From the NCBI GenBank assembly GCA_013239625.1, contig MU056050.1, positions 4,845,366-4,909,365 on the forward strand: a stretch of DNA of 64,000 bases, given 5' to 3'. This DNA is from Lama guanicoe. Taxonomy: Eukaryota. A model generated the notes under the pieces. The model was not told where the DNA came from, did no database searches, and saw nothing but the letters and a program-made list of their open reading frames with translations. The stretch's first letter is position 1. Each line of letters opens with the position of its first letter. Positions 13,247-24,440 of this stretch are shown here, in pieces. The position numbers and the translations under genes are program-made.

Positions 13247-13519
13247 GTACATATGTTTCATGTCTTGATGCAATTTTATTCAGTTTGAGGAGCAACATTT
13301 CTTTACAAATGCTCAAGACAAAAAAACCTTGGATTTTACTTAAATTTTGTATGTACTGAATTTATTCCTGCTTTGGTACTGAAACCCTCTTAGAACACAC
13401 TCCTTGAGCTTGGAGGAAAATTGGTTTTAAAGTGAGGTTTTGCACTGTGAAAATTGCTTTGAAGCCTGTAGGGGTCCCAACAGAAATCTTTGCACCGTCA
13501 GACATTTTTCTATATGTGG
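13247..13519 (+). pseudogene. Pseudo-exon D
   Basis: Acceptor ccttgccttcctttag|13247; donor TGG|GTAAGT. 273 nt, symmetric phase 1-1, with only two TGA stops in 90 codons (TYVSCLDAILFSLRSNISLQ..KPWILL..TLLEH..PTEIFAPSDIFLYV). Confidence 0.5.
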
Positions 13520-13779
13520 GTAAGTGTATTTTGCTCGACTTCAATGTGCCCTTAGGTCATTAATTTTTGCAAGGTTTAAAATTAAGGATAATGAAAAGAA
13601 TAGAATGATGAAGTCATAGTCTGGCATAACAGGGCAGGAGGGAAGATGGGAACTAGAAACATTTTAGACAAATGAACATTTAGCCTTTATGACCTTATGA
13701 AAGGAAGGAGAAGAAAATGAACTTTATAATTTTAATATAAATGTAAGTTAAAAAATCCCAAACTTTACTTTTGCATGTT

Positions 13780-14310
13780 TGAATATTGTCAATTTATTAT
13801 TTAGAAAGTAGATAAAATTATTCAAGAGGAAAAGGGTATTAATTTCAACAAATTGTTCTAAAAACTATATCCTATGAACAAAGCAGAATTAAATGAGAAG
13901 TAAATCTCAAATCTTCCCTCAGATTTACAAATTAACTTGAGATGGATCATAAACTTTAATGACAGAAATAAAAATATACTGCCTCTATAAGATAATATAG
14001 GAAGAAATTTCTTTGTATTCGGTATAGGTATAGATTTACAGAGGAAACAAAAATTATAAGAAAAAATAAATTTATAAATTGGGACCTATACAAAATTAGA
14101 AATTTTATAGTTCAAAGAACATAGTTACTAAAAAGAAAATGCAAGCCAGAGCATGGAGAAAGCATTTGCAAATATGTGTCTGGTAAATGACTGCTGCGCA
14201 GAAAATATAATTACTCCTTGTAACAATAATGAGGCAACCTAATTCAGCCAACAGAGAGACACACTTTTGAATGCTTACTTCACTAAAGAATTGCAAATAT
14301 CCACATGAAA
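13780..14310 (+). mobile_element. Old L1 ORF2 3' fragment
   Basis: aaattaacttgagatggatcataaac..tggagaaagcatttgcaaatatgtgtctg. Confidence 0.65.
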
Positions 14311-14329
14311 TTGTACATTGTTTTTCTTT

Positions 14330-14910
14330 TTTCCCAAATGTATTGAGGAATAATCAACATATAAAATTGTATATATTTAAAGTATAGAACATGATGAATT
14401 GATATATCTGTATCTATATGTATTGTGAAATGATTACCAAGATCAAGATAATGAATACATTCATCAATTCATCACCTCACATACTTGATGGTTAACTCTT
14501 TTTTTTTTTTTTGTGGTGAGGATGCTGAAAAAGTACTCTCAGCAACTTTCGAATCTATAACAGCATATTATTAACTACAGTCACCATGCTGTATATTAGG
14601 TCTTCAGTACTTATTCTTTTTATCACTGAAAGTTTGTATCCTTTGACCTGCATCTCCACAGTTCCCCTCAATCCTTGGCAACCACCATTGTATTCTGTTT
14701 CTATAAAATTTGTTTTATTTTTACTTTTGTTTTTTAGCTTCCATGTATAAGTGATAACATCCAATATTTGCCTTTCTCCATCTGGCTTATTTCACTTGGC
14801 ATAATGCCTTCCAGGTTCATCCATATTGCCCAAATGGCAAGATTCCTTCCTTTTAATGGCTGAAAATATTCCTTTACATATATTAATATTATATTTTATT
14901 TATCTATTAA
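14330..14910 (-). mobile_element. L1MA-like 3' end
   Basis: tgtattgtgaaatgattacca..ttaactacagtcaccatgctgtatattag..ggcttatttcacttggcataatgccttccaggttcatccat. Confidence 0.85.
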
Positions 14911-16329
14911 TCTGAACATCATTTGGAATGTAGAACTCAATGGCTGATTCCTCTGTACATGCATATAAGCATGCATGCAAAATGTTTAGAGCTTGTTACA
15001 AATTCACCTAACTAGAAACAAGACAGGATTTCAGAAAAAAGACAAATCTCATTTTAAGTAGCAAAAATGAATGAATGAATGGGTAAATAAATAAGTGAGC
15101 CAAAGTACATATAATAAAATTCAGGCAACGTATTCCCTGGAAAATACCTTATAACCAAATGTGCCATGTTGGTGTATACCCAGATCTTACACAATTATTT
15201 TTCTTTTCTCAGCCCACCACATTTAGAAAGGGACGTGCTGAACCTAGAAGCAGGCACATTGGAAAAATAAAAAGAGTTATCTGACAGCAACTAAGAGGCT
15301 CTATTGGAGTTGCATATACTAATTTAAGAAACCTAGGCATCAAGAGCTATTTAGTTTAGGGGCAAATGATCCTTCCCAGTGTAGTAAAATTCTGAGATCA
15401 TGATTTATATTACAAGCACAGTCTTGATTTCTATTAAGGTTTAATCATGCCCAAGAAACTGTTTTAAACAGTAAAAATTAAAATCATACATTTCCATAAA
15501 GAAATATTTATAAGTTAAATCAGTACATCATAGTTTGGGGTAAAATTCATCTATGGGAATCATCTAATTCCCTAAAACTGTCATATGTAGTACAGACATC
15601 TATTTGACAACTTCCTCTTCCTCACTGACTCCACTGATTGGTACAGAAAAGCCATCATGATTTATTCAACTCACAAAATTGCCCTCTTTGGCCTCTCTTT
15701 CTCTTCACGAAGTTGTATCCTCTTTAGCCAAGTGTCGATAAAGCCAAGTGCCACCTGTGCCACTGCATTAGATAGGAGAATTTAATTTGTAAAAACCCAT
15801 TGATCTGTTTCTGGTCAATAGGATAGACTGAGCTGACACAGCAGGACACACTCTAACCCCATCCCGCCTCACGTCCCACTCAAAACACAATAATCTGGGG
15901 ATGGATAACTCAGCTCAACATCAGGAGAGGGAAATCTCAGAGTGCCAGAAATGCAGAAAGAAATCAAGCCAGAAGAGGTAACAGAATAAAACTGAAAGTC
16001 AAATCAGAAATAGATATACACAGCAATGCTTGAGGTTCCCAGGACCTGTCATCCTCCCATGGAAAGGTATTCAGGCTATGGACCCCATGTCTCTGCACAG
16101 CTGGAGCTAGGCTTCAGGTGGCAAAATAGTTACCTTCCCTCCAGATATTGGAACCCTGCCTGTGGTCATGTTGTCTGACATCACACTACCCCTAAGGTGT
16201 GGGGCTCTGAAAAAAACAATTGTTTTTAATGGCTTTGTAACCAGAAAAACCTCAAGGTAAACAGAACAGGCAAATAGGTATCTGTTTAGAGCAGGGCCAA
16301 GGCACATGAAATGGTCACCATTTCCTAAA

Positions 16330-17020
16330 TATGAGTGTATTTTTTAACTCACCAATCCTATTTCTCTTGGAAAACCTGTACATGTGTACCAAGAGACAGA
16401 GGTGAGGAAGTTTATTAAAATATTGTAAAAGCAAAAATCTGGAAACAAGGTAAATGTTTATCATTGGAATAAATAAATTGTATTATAATCAGACAATGAT
16501 ACTAAGAAGTTAATACGCATACTTACAGTTTGTGCATATTTTTCTATGTATATTTCAAGTAAAATTTAATTGTTATATGAGTAAACTAGATTTTTCTATA
16601 CTAATAAATCTTGAAAACAATATTGAGTGAAAAAATGCTATATAGTACAATGTATACAATTTATGTTACTTGCAACAAGCAACCCAAAGAGGGATATGAT
16701 AGTATATACTGTTTGTGTGTGTGTGTGTGTGTATATGTATATGTATGTGTGTGTATGCATATATGTGTGTGTTCTAGAATGATATACGTCTAGTATATCT
16801 ATATATCTAGTACATTTGCACACAATGTTGGTTACCGTGGGAAAGTAGCATAAATAAAACTGAGGAACCTCAACTTGATCTGAAATAGTCTACTGCTTTT
16901 ATAACAAAGTATCTGAATCAAAATGACAAATATTATCATTCACTAGTTTTAGCAGGTAAATCAGATTTTGCTATTTTATTCTGTGTACTTCTCTAATTTT
17001 AAAACTTTGCAAAAAATTAA
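16330..17020 (+). mobile_element. Degenerate L1ME-like fragments with an internal (TG)/(TA) repeat at ~16713-16772
   Basis: gcaaaaatctggaaacaa..aaatcttgaaaacaatattgagtgaaaaaa motifs. Confidence 0.55.
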
Positions 17021-17965
17021 AATTAACTAGCACTTTAGACATTCTTTTCTCAACTTCAGAACAATCACAAGGTCACCAGGTTGAACACCATGACCTCAAT
17101 TAATTAACATCTTTACTAGTATATTGGGCATGTCAGATCAAACTCAGCTGAAATCAGGAAATTACTTAAAATGGAACTAAAAGCGTTCCAAAAGAATGTG
17201 TTTTAAACTCAGTCAGCATTCATTCTACATCATATCTCCATTTTTGGATCTCAATGAATTCTCTAATAATGACTCACAGCCTTATAGATTTAAATAGTAT
17301 AACAAAGCATGACCCACTTAATAAAGAAAATGAACTCAACTGAAACGTTTTCAACGTGTGGAGTTCAGGATTTTTTTTTAGTTCATTAGAAATTTCAATT
17401 AACCAGAATGTCCCACATCCTAAGTATTATTAGCTTGAATGTGGATTTAATAGTTGGAAATCAATCTGCAGGGGGTGTTTGTTTAAGTGGGTGCAAGCAT
17501 TCCAACGGCATTCATTTCCATATGAATAATTAATATGCTAATTATAAATGGGTCATTTATTCATAGAAGTCAGATTCACAATTCCCCTACTTGGTAATAA
17601 TTTGCTAGTCATGAGTTTAAAGTTTATTAATGTACTGGAAAGTAATAAAACTCTATTTCATTAAGAATTGTATTTAATTCAGAATTTGTACAAGTCCAGC
17701 TGTTCTTTTAACTCATTTTATTTGTATACATGTTTTCCTCAATTCACATGCCAGGATTGATATAGATCCTATTCTGTATTAGTGGTTCCAAGGATATCTA
17801 GATTATATATGATTTCAATGACATTTCAACAATATTTCAATGGTATTTCATGAGCAGCTTTGGTTCTCTATGTCAGTGGTTCCTAGGCATTTAGATTTCA
17901 CACAGCAGTAGGTTTTTTTTTTTTAAGGTAAGTTGTGATCTACATAATAATTGAATATTTTTAAG

Positions 17966-19494
17966 ACTTTATTTTTGAAAGTACTTTTAGGCTTACAACA
18001 AAATTAAGAGAGGCCAGTAAGGAGATTTCCCATAAACTTGCTATCCCCAGGTATGCATAACCTCCCGCGATATTAACATCACTCACCATCATGGTACATT
18101 TTTTATCGAGGTTGAACCTACATTGATATATCATAGTCCATGATCCATAATCTATGGACTCAAAGTCTGTAGTTTATCTTAGTTTGCCTTTGTTGTACAT
18201 TCTATTGTTCGGGTAAATGTATAATGACATAAACCCATTATTGAAATATCACAGAGTATTTTCACTGCTCTTAAAAATGTTATGTGCTCTTCTGCCTGTT
18301 CATCTTCACCCTCCCCTCCCCCCACATATACTCCTGGTAACCACTGATTTTCTAATGTCTCCATGGCTTTGCCTTTTCCGTGATGCAGTATAATTAGAAT
18401 TATGCAGTGTATAGCCTTTTCAAATTGGTTCACTTAGTAGTATGCATTTAAGTTTCCTCCACATCTTTTTATGACTTGACAACTCATTTCCTTTCTTGCA
18501 CTGAATAATATTGTATAGTCTGAATGTGCCACAGTTTATTTATCCTTTCACCTTCTGAAAGACATCTTGGTTACTTTCATGTTTTTGGCAGTTACAAATA
18601 AAGCTACTATCAATATCCATGTGCAGGTTGTTGTGTAGACATACACTTTCAGCTCCTTTGAGTAAATATCAAGGAGCATGATTGCTGGATTGTATAGTAA
18701 GATTATGTTTAATTTAGTTAGAAATCAACAAACTGTCTTCCAAAGTGTCTATACCGTTTTTTCGTTCTTACCAGCAAGAATGAGAGTGTCTGTTGCTCCA
18801 CATCTTCACTATCATTTGGTGTTGTAAGTTTTCGGGATTTTGGCCATTCTAATAGGTGTGTAGTAGTATCTAATTGTTGTTTAATTTGCCTTGCTGTGAT
18901 GACATTTGATGTCGAGTATCTTTTCATATGCTTATTGCCATCTGTATATGTTCTTTCGTGAGGTGGCTGTTAAGGTCTTTGCCCCATTTTTAAAATTGGG
19001 CTGTTGGTTTTCTTATTGTTGAGTTTTAAGGATTTTTGTATATTTTGGATAATGGCCCTTTATCAGATGTGCCTTTTGCAAATATTTCCTCCCAGTTTGT
19101 GGCTTGTCTTCTCATTCTCTTGGCATTATCTCTTGCAGAGCAGAGTTTTTGAATTTTAATGAAGTTTAGCTTATCCATTATTTCTTTCATGAATTGTACC
19201 TTTGGTATTGTATCTAAAAAGGCATCACCATACCCAGAGTTGTCTAGGTTTTCTCCTGTGTTATACTGTAGAAGTTTTATAGTTTTGCATTTCATATTTA
19301 GGTCTGTGATCCATTTTGAATTAGCTTTTGTGAAATATATACAGTCTGTGTCTAGATTTTTGTTTTTTTGGCATGTGAGTGTTCCATGGTCCCAGCAACA
19401 TTTGTTGAAAAGACTATCTTTGCTTCATACTTTACTCATTTGTCAAAAATGAGTTGACTATAATTATTGGGATCTATTTCTAGTCTCTGTGTTC
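17966..19494 (-). mobile_element. L1MC-like element (3' UTR plus ORF2 end)
   Basis: actttatttttgaaagtacttttagg.. terminus; minus-strand ORF2 peptides (RQATNWEEIFA..SDKGPLSKIYK). Candidate TSD TGAATATTTTTAAG (17952)/TGAATTTATTTTTAAG (19495). Confidence 0.88.
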
Positions 19495-19510
19495 TGAATT
19501 TATTTTTAAG

Positions 19511-19557
19511 GGAAAAATAAGAAGTGCCTGCATTGGGTTGTCAATTTTCTTGGCCAG
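19511..19557 (+). pseudogene. Pseudo-exon E (47 nt)
   Basis: Acceptor tatttttaag|19511; strong donor CAG|GTAAGA. Phase 1 to 0, open frame GKNKKCLHWVVNFLGQ. Bridges the phases of exons D and F exactly. Confidence 0.5.
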
Positions 19558-19801
19558 GTAAGAAAATTTAAGAAGCTATTGACTATCACCATCATTTCAC
19601 AAAAGAAATGCTATTCTAACTTCCAAAGAATAGGAAAGACATAACCTCAGAAACAAAACAAAAAATCACCTTAAATTGAATAATTTTAATTGTACATAAA
19701 GTATATTACATTATCCTTGCTCTTCTGATTTCACGTCCAGCCGGTGAAAACTTCTTTATGCAGTAGACTTGATGGGTTATGTGTTTTTCCTGGTTTCTAA
19801 G

Positions 19802-20019
19802 ATAGTTGCAGAAATTAAGGCCGATGTTGGTTAACTACTCATATGTATTGGTTCCACCTTTAATCCTTCTCTCAGATGTTGCTGCATCTGAAAAAATTTT
19901 AGAAAGTGCAAAGGCTGAAAGCAAGTGATTGGCCATGATGAAATCTCAATGAGGGTACTGATAGAGAGAGATGATATAGCTGATCCACAAAGGATTTGCT
20001 CATTATAAAATGTACTGAG
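19802..20019 (+). pseudogene. Pseudo-exon F
   Basis: Acceptor tttttcctggtttctaag|19802; weak donor GAG|GTCAAT. 218 nt, phase 0 to 2. Contains LQKLRPMLVNYSYVLVPP (shifted frame) and VLIERDDIADPQRICSL*NVL. Confidence 0.45.
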
Positions 20020-20866
20020 GTCAATATTTCTATTATCTTCATTGCTCCTTCTTAGGAACATGACAGCTAGCTTCATTAAATATATATATTTATATGTATA
20101 AAGATTTTCCCAAACTGACAGTAAAAACCTGGAAAAGTTAAGCAGCCATCTGAAAGTAAACCTCTGTAAGTTCATATGGGCACAAAAATGTTATCCATAT
20201 CGTATGAATAGCCAGTTTACAAAATAAGCAACATTGTTCCTTATGTAACTAACAAATCTCATTGATTCCATACTGAGTTTTAAATTCCATGCTCAATGAA
20301 GTGATTCAATTAACCAAGTACTTTCAGATTTCTATGTGCTGAAGAAATCTATCTTTAAGCACTATCTCTAAGCATTGCCTCTGTTTTATTCCTCTAGACA
20401 GGGGCCAAAAAAAAAAAAAGATAGACACATCTATATCCCTGGGATTTTGTGAGCCATCTTGGAAGCATCATGACTTCTGATTAATTGTCCCATGGAAGGA
20501 AAATCACCCAGCAGCTTTTGAAATCAAAGCATGGCCTGTGTGCATCCCAAGAGATAGCAGATTTATTTGGAATTTGGTTCAGGCAGCTCTAAACTGTAAT
20601 CCAGGAAACTCACTAAGGATCCAATTAAATAATCTCAAAACAGCCCCTCTCCTCTTCCTTACTAAAATATTTGACTGCCTAGTCCAGGATTTTGTCTTCT
20701 CTTGAGGGCACAAATGTATAGTGAAGAAAGTGACAGTTATCTTTTATGATGTCAAGGGCTAGGAAACTCCTCACAGTAATTACTGGTTTTCCTGTCTAAC
20801 TACTATTGAAGAATTTATCTGAACCTGATCTTTGTATTCCTGCCACTAAGGGTAATGGGCACTATA

Positions 20867-21340
20867 TAGACAGTCCCCACTTTCCAATGATTGGACTTTG
20901 GATTTTTTGACTTTAGGATGGTGCAAAAGTGATATACATTCAGTGGAAACCATAATTCTAATTTTGAATTTTGATCTTTTCCTGGGCTATTGACATGTGG
21001 TACGACATTCCCTTGTGGTGCTGGGCGGTGGCCGCGAGGGTAAACAGCCGATGTACTTAGAACCCTTCTGTAAGACACAGCCATTCTGTTCTTCACTTCT
21101 GGGACAGTATTTGATAAATTACATGAGATATTCAACACTTCATTATAAAATAGGCTTTGTGTTAGATGATCTTGCTGAACTGTAGGCTAATGGAAGTGTT
21201 CTGAGCACGTTTAATGTAGGTTGGGCTAAGCTATGATGTTTGGTAGGTTAGGTATATTAGGTACATTTTGGACTTATGATATTTTTAACTTATAATGAAT
21301 CTATCAAGATGTAACCCTATCATAAGTTGAGGAAGATCTG
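20867..21340 (-). mobile_element. Tigger5/MER47-type TcMar DNA transposon (non-autonomous)
   Basis: Ends tagacagtccccactt.. and ..aagttgaggaagatctg, flanked by TA. Internal taggctttgtgttagatgat..ctgagcacgtttaa..gctaagctatgatgtttggtaggttagg. Confidence 0.85.
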
Positions 21341-21539
21341 TATGTTTTCTAGTTTGTGTGAGAAAGAAGGACTCTGTTTGATTTGCTTCAAATTGAAAAT
21401 TTTTTCAAGCATGAAAAGCCTTATCCTAGTTAGAGTAATACCTGGTCCCTATTTTTTTTCCCCCACTCACTTAGTTCCCAAACACTGCATTTGACACTTT
21501 ATATTTGTTGTCTTCAGTCCTCTTAATGATGATGATAAT

Positions 21540-22330
21540 AACAAGGAGAGATTTATTGAATATTGTAAGTACTTTACTATAAGTACTTTACATGAATCTT
21601 ATTTAATATTCTTATCAATACCCTGAAGTGACAAATACTGTAATTCCCACTGTATCTATTACTATGAGGGAACTGAGTCTCAGGGAGGTTAAATAACTTG
21701 CTCAGTATCACACAGCTATTTAGTTGAGGAGTCAAAGATTAATGGCCAAGTCTGTCTGAACTTAGAGGCTTGGCTTTTCCCACTACTTTACAGTCATGTG
21801 ATACACTGGGGAAAAGAGTCCCATGTCATGTGTTTATGTCCCAGCACCTCACATAAGACTGTATAATTGTGGGTTTGTTATTTAAGTTCTCTGAGCTTTA
21901 GTTGTTTCCTTTTTTAAAATGGAATAGGATGTTGAATCAAGTGAGATCACATACGTAGAGGACAGAACTCTAAACCTTCTACAGTTGTCAAGGAAATGGA
22001 TAATGTGTAATATAGAGATTATGCTCACCGCAATGTCTGACACATTTAGGTGCTTAATATATGTTGAGGGGAAGGAAGAAAGGAAGTGAAGGAGAAAGAG
22101 TGGAAAGAGGCAGATAGTAATGTTTAAGTGACTTGGGCTTTGATGTAAGACAGTTGAATTCAAATGTGGTGGTCACTTCCTAGCTCTGTGATCTTAACTA
22201 ATCAGAGTATTGTTATTTCATGTGCAAGATCATATAAGAACTTAATGATGATTAGGGAGAATTTATGTAAAGTATGTAGCATGGTATCTAGTATGTACAA
22301 AGAGCTTGTTAAATAATAATAGAGTAACTT
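21540..22330. mobile_element. Cluster of MIR fragments, both orientations
   Basis: gagggaactgagtctcagggaggttaaataacttgctc (minus); ctctgagctttagttgtttcc..aaaatggaata (plus); ctagctctgtgatctt (plus). Confidence 0.65.
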
Positions 22331-23889
22331 GTTGAATACGGCCTAATGATGTAAAAAATTTCCTATTATTCCAGCCTGTACGGTAGTGGTGGCTGGTTTA
22401 TGAATATGACATGATTTGGCATAGCCAGTATTATTTTTATTAGTAGTGGTATTAGTATTATTATTCATTTATTCACAATTCATTAAGCCTGCACTCTGCA
22501 TGAGCACCGCATTAAGTACTGATAATTCAAAGACAATAAAACAAGTTCACTGAGGCTCAGATGCTCAGAGATGATCATTGATATTCCTAGAAGAAGAAAT
22601 AGAATCTGGAAACAAGCATTCCAGAACAAATTTATGTGCCAAATATATCATCTTGATTTCTGTAAAATCGTACTAAGGTCTTATTGGCTGAATCTTCTCT
22701 CTCTCTTTTGCTTCTGAGTCTGATCCAAAGGCAGATCCACCCCTCTGTACCATGGCCTCTGTCACTCTCTTTTTTTAATATTTCTGAATGGGATGATCAT
22801 TAAATATCATCAGCTTTTGCTGATACTTGATTATAAATGAAAAAACAAGGAAGAAAGAAAAGAAAAAATCCCACGCCTGGGATGAATATCTGCATATGCC
22901 TTGGACTTGGGTGATCTTATAGGCCTACAGCATGTCATTTCACTTGGCTGGGAACCAGACTTCTAGGATTCTAAGGCTTAACTAAAACACGATTTTGAGC
23001 AATGTGATTATATAGATAATTTACTCTGTGGCCTTGCTGAAGCCCAGTAATGCTATGTTTTTCCTTTATTATATTACAGGAGCTATGCTAAATGCATTGC
23101 TTTTGTTATTACATTTAATCTTCAGAATAACTCTGTAAGATAGGCACGGATACTGTTATTATTCTACAGATAAAGGAATTGCATCCCAGAATAATATCAA
23201 GAAATAGATCATTGTAGGAGGAAAACATTGAGTACCTAAACCCAAGCTCAAGTCCTAATCCCTACTTAATATTTGACCTTTGACAGTTTTATCCTGACTG
23301 TAGCCTTCTCATAAAATGAGGATGCTGGACCAGATTGTCTCTATATTTTTTTCTAGCCCTAAAATTATAATTAATTGCTCTGTTTTCACAGGAATCAGAG
23401 TAAATTAACCAATTTACATATTTTTGGTAAACTAACCCCTTCCTAACTCCACTTCAAATCATTATATAAAATCTATTTCTATAAAAATCCAATAAAATTC
23501 TTTAATAAGAAAGAAGTATAGGCAGTTTCTATGAAAAGTTATAAACCACAAAGTTCAGGAATTATTTATATCTAATAAGCTGAAGCTATATTTACCATTT
23601 ATAATCCATGCATCAATATGAACTGCAAAAAGCTCCAGACTTAAATGCACACTTTGCCCCAGAGCAGTGGTTTCCAAACATTTTTGTTAAAGATAAAGGG
23701 CCACTCAGAACCACTTACCACTCACAATGACATACTTCTTCCGGGTAATTAACAATAAAAACAAACAAAAGAAGGATATTGCTTTTTAAACATTACCACT
23801 GAGGACTACAATTAGACCAGTTTCACCCATGTCGTAGAAATATAGTTATTCCCACGTAAATAATACTTCATGAGTCCAATCTGCTAGAT

Positions 23890-24050
23890 CGATGCTTCTA
23901 AATGTGAGTTTCATATAGGAATCCACCTGGGGATATTGTAAAATGCAGGTTGCATTCAGTAAGATCTGAGGTGGGGCCTAATGGTTTGCATTTATAACAA
24001 GTTCCCAGATGATACTTCTGCTGGTCCACAGACCACAGTTCGAATAGCAC
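23890..24050. mobile_element. MER5A hAT-Charlie MITE
   Basis: gaatccacctgggg..aaaatgcagg..gaggtggggcc..tgcatttataacaagttcccagatgat..ctggtccacagaccaca. Confidence 0.85.
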
Positions 24051-24440
24051 AGAAGTAAGATGAATTTGGTGACGAACATTGACAAATTTTTCCTGCAGCG
24101 AAATCAAATCTAAGCCAGGTCCTTCTTGGCCAGAATAAAACCAGAGGAAATTACCTTGATTCCTCCTCTATGCATCATTTCCACAACACTGATACTCTCA
24201 AGTGCCTCAGCTTTGCTTACCAAGATCTCTAAGACCCCACCACCATGTGGCACTGGTTTTGTCTCAGGTCGCCCTATGCCCACACCCACCCTCTCCCTTC
24301 TACGAATAGGTGTAGGGTCGTAATGCTTACTTTCGGTCACATCCAGAGCATACCAAGGTATTCCATTTTCATATTTGATAAAAAAAATGACTTTTGTTTA
24401 TGCTCTGTGCTTGCTTAATTTTCTACTTGTAATACATCAG

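Noticed and set aside
13440..13470. HCENC peptide resembling GREB1L HCEQC
   Set aside because: It lies outside the phase-consistent frame and out of order relative to the other motifs.
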